Below are positions 12,914 to 25,780 of a stretch of DNA of 64,000 bases, one piece after another (position 1 is the first letter of the stretch; every line of letters begins with the position of its first letter). The DNA lies in NCBI RefSeq assembly GCF_009834535.1, contig NC_045697.1:41046001-41110000 (forward strand), written 5' to 3'. The translations under genes were made by a program, and so were the position numbers. Below the pieces are notes generated by a model. It was not told where the DNA came from, ran no database searches, and saw nothing but the letters and a program-made list of their open reading frames with translations. This DNA comes from Camelus ferus. Its lineage: Eukaryota.

Positions 12914-13047
12914 CCATCAAACTTGAAAGGGAGTATGAAATGAAGCGCCTGGATAACCTGAAACGTCAGGAAAACGCGGCTGAGGAAATTAGGTTTTCCC
13001 TGAGGGAAAAGCAGATTGGTTTGAGAAGACCTCTTCCACCTAAGTGA
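12914..13047 (+). CDS. C4orf36: C4orf36 homologue, coding exon 3 of 3 (SIKLEREYEMKRL...GLRRPLPPK*); total 354 nt = 117 aa
   Basis: Acceptor TTTTTCAG|; TGA at 13045-13047; 65+155+134=354 nt. Confidence 0.93.
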
Positions 13048-14242
13048 CAGTCATCTTGTAATTGAATCTGTACTCTCTGCTTCCTACACCCAAAGAGGAT
13101 GAAGGGCCCCGACCTTTCACTGTGTGAAGTTTGGTGCAGACGTCCGAATACCCGCTGGTGGATGGGCCAGCTCCCGCGGGTTAGCAGACAGCTCTGACAG
13201 ATCTTCTGGGGTCCTGCCATGTGCTTGTACCTTTGTATCACAAGCGACAGCACTGTAAGTAGATGAAAATGTAGCCGGCATTGAGTAGTCATTTGTGTTC
13301 TTGATTTTGGTTTTTGTAAAATTGTACTAGGGAAAGAGGAAACTCCTTGTCAGAGACATTATTTTAAAGAATATCTTGAGTGTGCATCTTTGAGGCCCCC
13401 AAGGGGGTACCAGAAAAGAGAGAAAGAAATTGCTTTTAAAATTTTAAACTGTGAAAATTTTTAATGAAACATTGTAGGTTTCATTTAGTAACTCTCCAGT
13501 TTCTAGTTTTCAGTGAAACATCCTTTACTATTCTCTTGTGGTACTTTAAAGTGGCAACTAGAACTTACTTTGTTTTTGTTCTCCAAAAAAAATTGTCTTT
13601 TTCCATTTGCCTAATTTCATATTGTCTCCCTGAGATGCCTCTTGGAGCATGTGGAACACATATACGTATGTGAAAATGATATGAAAATACAAAGACTGCA
13701 TTTGTGAGACCTGTTCCTTGTACAGAGGGGTTGGAGAATGGAGAATTGATTAACTGGAAAGAATTGGATTTGCATCAACCAATTTTCCTAGAATTTGAAT
13801 CCAGGAAAGCACACTTGGATATGAAAGTTACATTTAAGCACAGTTTAGTGTTTGTTCGATGATTCAGCAGGCATTTTACGATCTTCTGGTATTTTCGCCT
13901 CATTATGAAAGTCATAATGGCACAGTATTTAAGAGTCCATACTTTTGACCTGGCTGCTGCCTTCTTCAGATCCCAGCTTGGCTGCTTAGAGTGGTGTGAC
14001 CTGGAGTGAGTTTCATTTTTCTTGCATGTGAGATAGAGAGAATACTGGTATTTACTTCCTTGACTTGTCACGAGGATTAAGTGGAAACCACCTGGCACAC
14101 AATGGGAATCACTGTAGTTTTAGCTGTCACTGTGAGCATCCCTTTGTGTGGCTGCGATCTCAGTACTGAAGAGGATGATATCAGGCTGACTTTGTAGACC
14201 TTTGTGAGACCAGAAGTCTTGAGTTTTCAAAAATTTGTTTTT

Positions 14243-14583
14243 TTAAAATATATTTTTATTGAAGCACGGTCAGTTTACAATGTTGTGTCAGTTTCTGGTG
14301 TACAGCACAATGCTTCAGTCACCTTGGAACATATATTCATTCATTCTCATATTCTTCTTCATCATAGATTACAAGGTATTGAATATGGTTCCCTGTGCTA
14401 TACAGTATAAACTTGTTTATCGGATTTATAAGAATCCTCCCCTGTTTTGAAACGAGAGCCACTCTGCCAGAGTTCAGTAGGTGTTCTGTGCGATTCAGTG
14501 GGTTTGTAGATGTAATTCTTGGTATATTTGTGGGAGAGGGTGAGCTGTGAGTCTCTCTACTCTGCCATCTTGGCTTCACCTCC
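14243..14583 (-). mobile_element. Internally deleted L1: 5' terminus joined directly to 3' terminus
   Basis: Minus strand begins GGAGGTGAAGCCAAGATGGCAGAGTAG (L1 5' end with YY1 motif) and ends in L1 3' UTR plus A-tail; 14/16 TSD match. Confidence 0.75.
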
Positions 14584-15479
14584 TCAAAAGTTTGGTTTTA
14601 TTCTTGTCAGTGTATATGTCCCTGCCAGACCATATGACCTGATTTTTTAGTTCAAAATCTGGCCACAGTACCTATGGCACGTCCTGATCATTTCTGTTTA
14701 TGAACAATAATCTCTGATAATTAGCTTGTCACTTATGCCCTTCTCTTGAAAGGAGCTTGGAACATTTGTGTGCACAAAGTCACTTTTTAACTCAGAAACA
14801 TACATAATGGTTTATGTCTGCTCTTGGGAGTCACCAGGGAACCTTAAGCATCTTACTCATCCCCTCAGAGCCGTTCACCTCTAGTTAGTGACATTAATTG
14901 AAGGTGTGAATTATATGCTTCCATCCTTCTTCAGAGCTGTTGTGCAAATGAATGAAATATGTATCTGTTTGCAAAAAAGGTTTCCAGAATTCAACATTTT
15001 AATATTCCTTGGGAAAAGGTGATATTTGAAAAAATTTTAGTTTCCTGTCTTTCTCTTGGTAGAAAAATGCCTGCTTGCAGCTTTAGGGTTCTTCTAAATT
15101 CTAGGATTCTTATGTTTTCAGGCAGATATTTATGAACTGGCTTTAACCTGCACATATTGAAGTAAAATGACATCACAAAATAAATGTAATATGTTGTGCG
15201 TATGTCTCTCTCCTCACATGACACAGGACTAGGAATAATTTCCCGCTTATGTTAGCGCTCCAGTGCCTTTTCTCCACGCTGAACTCATGGAGCCCCTCAG
15301 TGTACATTTATTGATTATTGATTGAAAGTTTCCTATGGTCAGAGGTTTATAATGGAAAGTACTTCATGGTTGTGTCCCTACTTTTTGTGTTGGGTTAGTT
15401 TTTATGGAGGGGTGGCCATGATGTGATTGAACATGGGCTCAAACAGTTCAAGGCAAAAATAAGAATGAACAAATACACA

Positions 15480-16000
15480 ATTTTACATAAACCGTCTTAA
15501 AGTTACACAAATTTATTTTAAGCTGTAACAATTAGCATTTCTTACAGGGCAGGTCTAGTGGTGATGAGCTCCCTCAGTTTTGTTTATCTGGGAAAGTCTT
15601 AATTTCTCCTTAATTTTTGAAGGTCACTTTTGCCAGATGTCGTATTCCCAGTTGGCAGTTTTTTTTACTTTGACACTGAATATATTATCCCACTCCCCTC
15701 TGGCCTGCTCAGTTAAGGAGGTTTGCCCACCCTTCACTGGGGTCTGCAGTCTCTTGTTCCCACTGCGGTCTGCCTGTGATGGTGCAGTGTCTCTGTGCTG
15801 TAACGAGCTGCCGTGCTTTTGTGTGTTCTCTGTGGCCCCCAACCTGTATCCAAATCAGTGTCCTGAGTCAGGTAAGACAGAAACCAGGTTTTTGAGGAGC
15901 CCCTGAAAAGAACATTGGATGTACACTTTACTCTTCTCTTCCCTTCCTGAGGGAGAAGCTGGGGGTTGGGATTTTTCTTTTCATCATGCCAGACTGTGCC
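15480..16000 (-). mobile_element. Old L1M fragment
   Basis: GGGCAGGTCTAGTGGTGATGAGCTCCCTCAGTTTTGTTTATCTGGGAAAGTCTTAATTTCTCCT is typical of antisense L1M ORF1 region. Confidence 0.6.
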
Positions 16001-17639
16001 GGGGACACGGAGTAGCTAGATCCCAGAATTCTGATAGGAATCAAGGCGGAAGACTATTTACATCTAATATAGCATAGTGATTTAGAGCACTGGGTGTAAA
16101 GCATGGGCCATCGGGGACTGAATGCCAGTTTTATCACTTATTAGCTGTGTCATCTCAGACAGATGATTTAACTTCCCTGTGCTTTAGCTTCTACGTCTGT
16201 AGAAAGTGGATAGTGATAGTTGTGACAAGTGAGTGAGTTAATATGTACAGCACTTACAGCAGTGCCTGGCGTAGAGTGAGCGCGAACACTAAACATTAGC
16301 TCCTCCACCGTCACCCACTGTGCTTGGTACTCTGCAGGCTTTTGCAGTTTGGAAGTTCATGTCCTTCAGTTCTGGGAAATTACTTTAAATTATTCCATGG
16401 CTATTTCCAGCTTTGCATTTTCTATATACTTTCTAGAGTATTGTCATTCGTATACTGTAACTTCTGTACCAGCTTTCTAATTTTTTATCTTTCTTCCTCC
16501 TGTCTTCCATCCCTTTGTCTTTTGCTCCAGTTCTGAGAGAAACTCTCGGTTTTATCTGCTAATCATTACAAGCTTTTCATTTCTGCTATCATGTTTTTTC
16601 CCTCTGAAGACGTACTCCTCTCCTTTAAAAAAAAAAAAAAGGAACCTGTTTTATTCATAATTGCTTAGCTTATCTTTCTGAGAACACAAAATAGATTTCT
16701 TCTCCCTGTATTGTATGCATCTCCTCAACATTATTTTTGTTTATTTTTATTTCTTTTATGTTAAAAGCTCTCACAGTAATCCAGGTGTGACAAAGTGCAT
16801 AACTTAAGGAAATAATGGTGGAATGTAATACAGGTCTGACTCAGGAGTCATGGAAGAAGTAGAAACCATAGGATAATGTCGTCAATTGGATGTGTCTGAG
16901 TTAAGAAATGTGGGAATTTAGGATGACTTCCAGATTGTGAGCTTAGGGAAGGAAAAATTGTCTTAGGTGTGTAGGAGATACATTTAGTTTTAGATATGTT
17001 GGTGTTTGAAGTTCTTGGGAGACACTTGAGTGACGATCACCAGTAGTAGTGGGCTTTATGGGGGGGCTGCTCAGGAAGGAGACTGTGTAGAGATGAAAGA
17101 TGAAACCACAGGTGTCTTTGAGCTCATCCAGGGGGAGCAGACAGAATGAAAGAGGAGAGATAGTGAACATCCTGAAACTTTGGTTGGCAGTGTAGAAGAG
17201 GCAGATATTTAGGGCAGAAATGGATTAGATACCTAAATCCTAAGTGAATTGCATACTGCATTTTATTTTTAATGAAAAATATTCTGGCATAGAAATTTAA
17301 TAGTAAATAATAGAAATTTTTGGAGAGAATCTTTCTTTTTTTCAGCTGACAGATTTTCCTCAATGGAAACATTTTATCATGGGTCAGAGGAGGAAGATGG
17401 AAAGGAAGAGGAGAGAGAAAAAAACCATTTGCTAAGAACTTAGATGCAAAAACTCTTCTAGGTGCTCTATTCATGTCCTGTAGTCCTCACAACAGTCCTC
17501 TGACATCAGGGAACTAAGTCTGGGGACAGGCCTGGGCCAGGGCCTTGGCGAGGCAGAGCTTATGCCCTAGTTGACAGGGCAGCAAGTATGGAGGAGAAAA
17601 AAAAGTCTTCTTTTGCTTACTGTCTCTAGGTACCTTAGG

Positions 17640-18535
17640 GCCTTGCTTTCACTCAGTTTCTCTGGCCTCTTTTCCTCATGGTCTTAAGAACAGTTATCTC
17701 TTTTCTATTCCAGGAAATGGCACCATTTCCATTCCATTTTTGTAGTCCAGAAACCTACGAGTCGTCTGTCCTTCCTCTGTGTCCTCATCTCCTCTTCCCT
17801 CCCAGTCCAGTCCGTCAGCAGCTCTTGCTGGCGCTGCCTTCAGAGTGAATCCCAGATGCACTGCTTTTCTCAGCCTCTTTCATCCTTGTCCAGACCTCCA
17901 TCATCTCTTACTTGGAATATGGAGAAAGCTGCTTAACTGACTTCACTGCTTTCATTCTGGCCTTCCTACTGTAGTCTATTCCCAGCTGCCAGAGCAATTT
18001 TTAAAAAATGGCAACCACGTCATTGCCAAAAAGATCATGTCCGTCCCCTGAGTAACACCCTTTCCCATGGCCTGCGAGGCCCTGCGTTATCTGACACTTG
18101 ACTCCTTCCTTGACCTCATTTCTCCCACTCATCATCCAGCCCCGCTGGGTGCAAGCGTGCTAACCTGCTTCTTGTTCTCTCACAGATCAGACTCGTTTCT
18201 GCCTTGGAACCTTTGACCTTGCTGTTTACTTTTCCCCAGATTCTCTTCCCTCAGATTTTCAGTGATGTTTCCTAATTGTTTAGGATTTAGTTCAAATGAC
18301 ATCTCCTGAGGGAGACCTGTGACCACCCTCGATAAATAGGTCTTTCCTTTTACTTGCTGTCCGTAATAGCATTCTGCTATTAATTCCTTTATAGCACTCA
18401 TATCATTATCCACAGTGATTTATTTCCTTACTTATTTGCCTATGTTATTTTCTGTGGTGTCTCTACTGTCTATTTATAATAGTACCTACCCATAGATGCC
18501 ACTCTGTCAGTATTTGTTGATTGAATGAGTGTATT
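17640..18535 (+). mobile_element. L2 LINE remnant
   Basis: L2-like body ending in AGTATTTGTTGATTGAATGAG. Confidence 0.55.
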
Positions 18536-18699
18536 ACCTTAAAAATTGTTGAAAGGGTACTGCTTTTTAAAATCAATGTTTCTAATGCTTTAAACAAAAA
18601 ATTTCTTTTTATTGAGGTATAATTGATTGAAAAGGTGCCACTTTTGTAGGGTGATCGGGGGATTTGATTTTTGCTGTCTCTTCCCTATATATGCTTAGA

Positions 18700-19255
18700 T
18701 ACATATTTTTCAGTTTTATTGGGGTGTGATTGGCTATACCATAAACTGCACATATTTAAAGTACAGTCTGATGAGTTTTGACGCCTGTAGGGTTGTCATC
18801 ACGATCAAGATAATGAATATATCCACCCCCTCAAGAGTTTTTCTGTGCCTCTTGTAATCCATCCCTTCTCGCTGCTCCTCTCCCTCCCCCAGGCAACCAC
18901 TGATTTAGCTGCTTCCTGGCACTATAGATTGATTTGTGTTTTTGAGAATTTTATATAAATGGAATCATACAATATGTTCTTTTTTTTTGGGTCAGGCTTC
19001 TTTTCCTCAGCACAATTATTTTGAGATTCATCCGTGTTGTTGTGTATGTGTTCCTGTTTATTGCTGAGTGTATGGATATACTGCACTTTGTTTATCTGAG
19101 AACTTGCTGATAAACATGTTGAGTTGTTTCCAGTTCTGCGTGCTTACAGATAAAGCTGCTGTGAGCATTGTGTGGGCACATGCTTTCATTTCTCTTGGGT
19201 GTGTACTTCAAGGAGAGGAATGACTGAGTTGTATAGTAGGTGTATGTTTAACCTG
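18700..19255 (-). mobile_element. Old L1 (L1MB/MC-type) 3' end
   Basis: CCCCAGGCAACCACTGAT..ATAAATGGAATCATACAATATG..TTTTGAGATTCATCC. Confidence 0.7.
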
Positions 19256-19262
19256 ACCCATT

Positions 19263-19671
19263 TTCTTTCTTTTTTTGTAATTGAAGTAGAGTTGGTTTAC
19301 AATGTTGTGTTAATTTCTGCTGTACAACACAGTGATTCAGTTATATATGTATATTCCTTTTCATACTCTTTTTCATTATAGCGTATTACAAGATGTTGAA
19401 TATAGTTCCCTGTGCTATACAGTAGGACCTTCTTGCTGACCTATTACATATAGAGTAGTTAGTGTCTGCTAATCCTGAAATCCCAATTTATCCCTCAACT
19501 CCCCCTTTCCCCTCTGGTCATCTTAAGTTTGTTTTCTGTGTCTGTGAGTCTGTTTCTGTTTTGTAAATAAGTTCATTTGTGTCATTTTTTTAGATACCAC
19601 ATATAAACGATATCATATGGTATTTTTCTTTCTCTTTCTGGCTTACTTGACTTAATATGACCATCTCTAAT
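19263..19671 (-). mobile_element. 5'-truncated young L1 3' end
   Basis: L1 3' UTR sequence; TSD TGACCCATT at 19254-19262 and 19672-19680. Confidence 0.8.
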
Positions 19672-19849
19672 TGACCCATTATCTGATCCTTGTTTTAGTT
19701 CTGGAGGAATCTGGGGCTAGATGAAGGACTTGTAACTCCCCCAAGGTGACACAGCTTTGAAAGAAATGGACCATATGCTGTGCCACAGAGCACGTGCTGA
19801 ATTACAGAGAGCGCGAGCTCTCTCACTCAGAGATTAAGCTACGAGTGTG

Positions 19850-20632
19850 GACATACCTCAGAGATATTGTGGGTTTGGTTCCAGACCACTGCAATAAAGC
19901 GAGTATCACAATAAAATGAGTCACGAATGCTTTGGTTTCTCAGTGCATATAGAAGTTCTGTTTACACTATACTATAGTCTGTTAAGTGTGCAATAGCATT
20001 GTGTCTAAAAAATGTTCATACCTTAATTAAAAACACTTTATTGCTTAAAAATGCTAACTATGAGCCTTCAGCAAATCAGTCTTTTTGCTAGTGGGGTTGT
20101 GCCTTAATGTTGATGGCTGCTGATTGATCAGGGTGGTGGTTGCTGAAGGTTGGGGTCACTGTATCAATTTCTTTTTTTTTTTAATTGAAGTACAGTCAGT
20201 TTACAATGTTGTTTCAATTTCTAGTGCACAGCATAATGTTTCAGTCATACATATACATACATAAATTCCTTTTCATTATAGGTTACTGCGAGATACTGAG
20301 TATGGTTCCCTGTGTTATACAGAAGAAACTTTTTTTTTTTTTAACTCTATTTTATATATAGTAGTTAGTAGCTGCAAATCTTGAACTCCCAATTTATCCC
20401 TTCCCACCCCATTTGGCAGTTTCTTAAGATAAGACAACAAGGAAGTTTGCTGCACTTGGCACTTCCCTTCACAAACAATTCTCTGTAGCATGCAGTGATG
20501 TTTGGTAGCATTTTACCCACAGTGGAACTTCTTTCAAAATTGGAGTCAGTTCTCTCAAACTGCTTCAACAACCAAGTTTATGTAATACTCTAAATCCTTT
20601 GTTGTCATTTCAACAGTCCTCACATCATCTTC
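19850..20632 (-). mobile_element. Tigger1 DNA transposon 3' fragment with nested L1 3' end (~20172-20412)
   Basis: TIR-like CATACCTCAGAGATATTGTGGGTTTGGTTCCAGACCAC; minus-strand peptide FERTDSNFERSSTVGKML resembles the Tigger1 transposase C-terminus. Confidence 0.8.
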
Positions 20633-21460
20633 ATTATTTTTATTATAGACAGTGCTTCAGTGAACATACTTAAGCATGTCTCTTTATGCACATTGTATGG
20701 GAATTTCAATCTAGACTGTATGGCTAGAAGTGGAATTTCTGTGTCACAGGATACATATTTTCATTTACAAAACGCCAAATTGCTCTCCAAAGTGGCTAGC
20801 ACAGTTTATGCTTCTTCCAGTGGTTTATGAGTATATTGGACATTTGCCTTTTTGTTTGTTTGTTTGTTCATTTTTGGGCTGCCCAGAATCTAACCTCATT
20901 TCTGTGGTTTTGTGAGTTGGAAAGCCAGATTCTTGCTCTGCCTGATCCCTAAAGCCTTGGCACAAGCCAAGATATGCCCGCTGGATACTTCTTCCTGGGA
21001 CGTTGAATCTGGACTGAGAGAGACGCAGAAGCCAAGCTGGCTTGGCGTTCATTTCAGTGACAGTGTCACGGCATCCAGTGTCTGGTGGCAGAGGTAGGAG
21101 TAACATCAAGTTACTAGTGCATCTTAACAGACCCCGTCCCATGTCAAAATTTTAGCTGTGATTCTGTTTCCTGAAGTCCTTGAGCCTGTTTTCTGAATCT
21201 TACTCTCTTCTTATTCATGCAGTGCACACTGTGACCTCTCCAGTAGCCTTCCAACAAATTCCCTTTCTCCTGCTAGAATTGAGTGTAGTACACTGTTTTC
21301 ATATGTGAATCACAATACATTGGAGGGTTGTGAAATCAATTTACTAGGTATGACCAACATTTAAAAAATGAAATAGTATAGAATAGAAAATTGGAGTTCA
21401 CTGACTGTGGTAAGGGTAGGGATTGTTTCATAAAACATACACATATAAACATGTATGTGA

Positions 21461-21557
21461 GTGAGGGTGTAGCCCAGTGGTAGTGTGTGTGCTTCACATG
21501 CATGAGGTCCTGGGTTCAATCCTCAGTACCTCCACTAAAGCAAAACAGAACAAAAAA
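21461..21557 (+). mobile_element. tRNA-derived SINE (camelid-type)
   Basis: A-box TAGCCCAGTGG, B-box GGTTCAATCC, A-rich tail. Confidence 0.8.
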
Positions 21558-21829
21558 TGTGTACAGATACATACATTTGTGTACTAAGTTGCTAAGTGAA
21601 ATGCTTTTCTTATTTTAGTTTATGGTTCAAACATTTGAAAAAGTAGTGATTTGGTGTTTAAGATCTTGGGCTCTGAAATCAGCTTGTGTTCCAATCCTAC
21701 TTGCCAGCCCTGTGACATTGGACAAGTTACTTTAGCTCTGAACCTTGCTTTCCTCATTTGTAACATGGTGGAGACTGCTAGTTTTCTACCAGAATTATTT
21801 CCCCCTTCTTTCATAGCTATGATATTTTT

Positions 21830-22180
21830 TTAGTCAGTTCAGGCTGCTCTAACAGAATACCAGAGACTGGATGACTTAAACAACAAACAGTTATTTCTCA
21901 CAGTTCTGGAGGCTAGAAGTCCAAGATCAGCGTGCCAGCATAGCCAGATTCTTGATGAAGGCCTACTTCCTGGCTTACAGATTGTTGTCTCTTGTTCTGT
22001 CCTCAGATCAGAGAGAGATCAACTCTCCTGTGTCTCATCTTATAAGGGCACTAGTCCCATTCATGAGGGCTCCACCCTCATGACCTAGATAACCTCCGGA
22101 AGGCCCTACCTCCAAATAACATCACAGTGGGGATTAGGGCTTCAACATGAATTTTGGGGACACAACATTCAGTCCATAGT
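21830..22180. mobile_element. MLT1-type MaLR LTR
   Basis: TTATTTCTCACAGTTCTGGAGGCTAGAAGTCCAAGATCA..GGGACACAACATTCAGTCCATAG. Confidence 0.75.
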
Positions 22181-22659
22181 AGTGTGGTAGCTGAGCACAT
22201 GACTGTGCAGCTAGACCACATTTGCTGCTTGACTTAAAATTAAGTGTGGAGATGTGGCTAAATTTTTGCCAATGGAATGTGTGGCAGTAATGAACCTTGA
22301 AAAGCATTGTGCATACCTCCTCCATTACCTTTTTCCTTTCTTGGTGGGTAGAACCCTGATGTGATGGTCATCTGTCTTTGGCAATGTAGGCAATGATGAT
22401 GCAGACCAAGTAGACAACAAAATGGGATGTGCCTGGGTCCTTGAATGACTGTAGAATTCTACCAACCTGGGCTACTCACATCAAGACTATTGAATATGAG
22501 AGAAATGTCTTTGTTCTCTAAGTCACTGCATTTTGGAATATCTTTGTTATATAAATCTCATCTTTACGTTAGCTAGTACTCTATCTTATGGAGCTGTTGA
22601 GGATTATTTATGAGCAATTCCTGGTGAATAATAAGTACTAAATAAGGTATACCTGTTTT

Positions 22660-22950
22660 GTTTTGTTTTTTAAATTAAAGCCTAGTCAGTTTACAATGTT
22701 GCATCAATTTCTGGTGCACAGCATCATGTTTCAGTCATATATACATGTACACATATTCATTTTCATATTTTTCATTATAGGTTACTACAAGATATTGAAT
22801 ATAGTACCCTGTGCTGTACAGTATAAACTTGTTGTTTATCTATTTTATATATGGTAGGTAGTATCTGTAAATCTTGAACTCCCAATTTATCCCTTCCCAC
22901 TGTCTTCCCCCACTGGTAATCATGTTTGTTTTCTATGTCTGTGAGTCTGT
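22660..22950 (-). mobile_element. 5'-truncated young L1 3' end
   Basis: L1 3' UTR; TSD TAAGGTATACCTGT on both sides. Confidence 0.8.
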
Positions 22951-23019
22951 AAGGTATACCTGTCATTAATTTTTTTGAAATCAAGTATTTTGATTAGTGA
23001 AATGAGGGATGAGTTTAGC

Positions 23020-23238
23020 TCAGTGGTTCTCTAGGAGGGGTAATTGTTCCTGCTCCCCCTCCCCCTCAGGGACATTTAGCAGTGCCTGGAAACATTTTTG
23101 GTTGTCTTAACTGTAGGGTATCATAAAGGCATCTAGTGGGTAGAGTCCAAGGATGCTGCTGAACATTCTACACTACACAGGATGGCCCCCCACAACATAG
23201 AGCCCCAGATGTCAGTAGTTCCAAGGCTGAAACCCTGA
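23020..23238. mobile_element. MER20-like hAT DNA element
   Basis: CAGTGGTTCTC..GGGACATTTAGCAGTGCCTGGAAACATTTTTGGTTGTC..GCTGAAACCCTG. Confidence 0.7.
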
Positions 23239-25004
23239 TTTAGCTGATTGGTTTAAGCTCCTCAGGATATGTTGCTGAAACGGAAGTTTGGGTCAGACTG
23301 CATGGTTGAGAATCATGAGGTAGGGTATTTCCCCCAAAGAAATGCAGACCATTGTTACCATGACTGAAGGAGAATGGATGCTGGGCAGCAATGGATAGAT
23401 GTCTCCAGTGCCTTTTTGACTCCTCACATTCACTCACACCCTTTCCATATATGAACCCATTCACTTATTTCTCAAAATCATATCCAGCTGCTGCATCAGC
23501 TCCAAGTCCAAGATTTCAGGGTGATACACAGTCCTTTCTTTAGTTTGGATCTTGTGACCAGTGGCTGAATAATATGCCATTCACTCTAACACTGTTGTTA
23601 CACCATAATGGAGAGAGAGCAGGGATAGACACATGCAAGACCATCTCTAGTTTTGCAGATAGATGGTCTCAGGTCACAGAGCTGGCATTCCTTTCTTGGT
23701 ATTTGGGGGCAGATAGCAGGGGGGTTGCTGAATCTGTTCAGACTTCACTAAGCCATCAACCCACCATTATGGAGCCCAAGGTGAAATCCAATTACAATTT
23801 TCTTTTGCTTCACTTGGCAGTCAGAGGGGTAGGAGACAAGACAACAGAGGCATTGACATGGAGGCTTAGAGATGTTTTCATCGCCTTTCAGAGCAGATAT
23901 AACCTATGAAAAGAACCTAGTGACCTTGGCTTGCTTTATTTACAATTATGGGCATAATCTATTGGTCTTAATTGATCCCTAGAGTAGGAAAAAGTTGCCT
24001 GTGTACCAGAGTCTCAGTCTATTTTGGAATTTTCTACTAATAGGCTCTTTCCCTCCATTCACATGCTCCTTTCAGTTTCATTCCCTCTCCTCTTCAGATC
24101 ATCTACCTCCACTCTGAAGACTTGTTTTTCATTTTGAGACTTTCACAGTATTAGAATGTAGGTGTAATCTCTTTCATGTACTGCCATTTTATGTGCCATT
24201 TTTTTCCTACATCAGATCAACTCTCTGTCAAAGCAACTTCTTCCAAATGCCAGAAACAGACTCCCTCGCTCATTGTTTTAGAGAGTGCTCACCATATGGA
24301 TATTTCCTGTTGGAATTTAGTCTCTTGTTCTTACCACACATGTAGAGTAGGTAAGATAGCATAACCTGAACCCAGCAAATGACCAAACATTTCCTGGGCT
24401 GCGTTACCTGCACCACCTCCTTCCCCAGGAGCTCTGTTGCAGCAAAGCTCGGGTGTTTGCACGAGACTGCCTGTCAGAGCTCTAGCACTGCAGTTTAACA
24501 GTATCGAAATCACTTGAAGTACGTAGTGGAAGTAGCTGACTTCATTTCCTTCAAGAGAAGAGGATTGTTTCACAGTGGTGGTCTCCTTTCATCACAGAAT
24601 TGCATGACTGTTTTAGTATTTCAAAGAAATTATGAAATTTTACTAACAGAAGTCTTTGAAAAGCAAATCAGAAAATTGGAAGCATGAGCAAAGGAGAATT
24701 TATTTTTGATACTGACCTAGTTATTTTTCTGGCTTAGATGCAACAGATGTTGTTAATAATAATAACTAACACAATAAGTAATATTTATCAAGCACTTAAA
24801 ATGTCCCAGGCATAGTATCTAGAAATGGGCAGATCAAGAAGCTAGAATTTGTACCAGATGCTTGAGGTTGATCCCTGGTTTTCCTATGAAATGCTTGAGT
24901 TCAGCAGCACCCTCTATGTTGATGAATTTTGGCTACTGTACTAGGTACATGTCCTCCACCCAATTGAGGGTGGAGAAGAAATAGCCATGGCTTTAACGTT
25001 TACT

Positions 25005-25124
25005 GTTTTTTGTTTTGTGGAGGGGATAATTGAGATTTATTTATTTTATTGGAGGTCCTGGGGGTTGAACCCAGGACCTCATGCATGCTAAGCACACACT
25101 CTACCACTGAGCTGTACCCTCCCC
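25005..25124 (-). mobile_element. tRNA-derived SINE (camelid-type)
   Basis: Reverse complement GGGGAGGGTACAGCTCAGTGGTAGAGTGTGTGCTTAGCATGCATGAGGTCCTGGGTTCAA; same family as the 21461 copy. Confidence 0.8.
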
Positions 25125-25780
25125 TACAAGATTTCCTGTTGAAAGTATTTAAGGAAGGGATAAACAGCCACTTTTATCATGATTGTAAACTGTCTGACTT
25201 GCCTGGTTCCACCCAATTTTGGTAGTTGGTTGTTGAAAGGTCAAGGATCTATTTTGCTTACGTATGTTTTTAGGGAGGCCACTGTAAAGTAGCTTATAAT
25301 CTACAATGAGTGGTACGAAATACTCTTTGTATTTAGGATAATGAACGTTTGAATCAGATAATTACTTCAAAATAAAAGAGTTATTCAGACATGTAAATTA
25401 GCATATTACCTTTTCAGCATGGCTATTATTCTTTTGTAATGTTAGTTAACAAGTTCACTGTGCACTTGTGTTCAGCACCTGGTAAGGCACACGAATTAAG
25501 GGTTTAGGAAGGTGAATAGTCGCGCCTAAGATGTGATGTTTAGTTTGAGTAGCAAGAATAATATTTTATACAAAGTGAAACTCATGAACTTTTACTATTT
25601 TATTTATTTTCATATGTAGTATGGACCCTGGAGTCAACCCCTATCATCCTGCCTTGTCATTTACTAGCTTAGCACATGGCAGGTTGTCTAACCTCTGTAA
25701 GCCTCTCTTCATTCATGGGTAAATGACGGTAATAGTGGTACCTGCATGACAGGGTCGTTGGGGGGATTAAGTGAGATGTG

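Noticed and set aside
20365..20571. Transposase-like ORF
   Set aside because: Short Tigger1 fragment interrupted by an L1; not a domesticated gene.
21461..21557. tRNA-like sequence (also 25005-25124)
   Set aside because: A-rich tail, no intact cloverleaf and two diverged copies indicate a SINE, not a tRNA gene.
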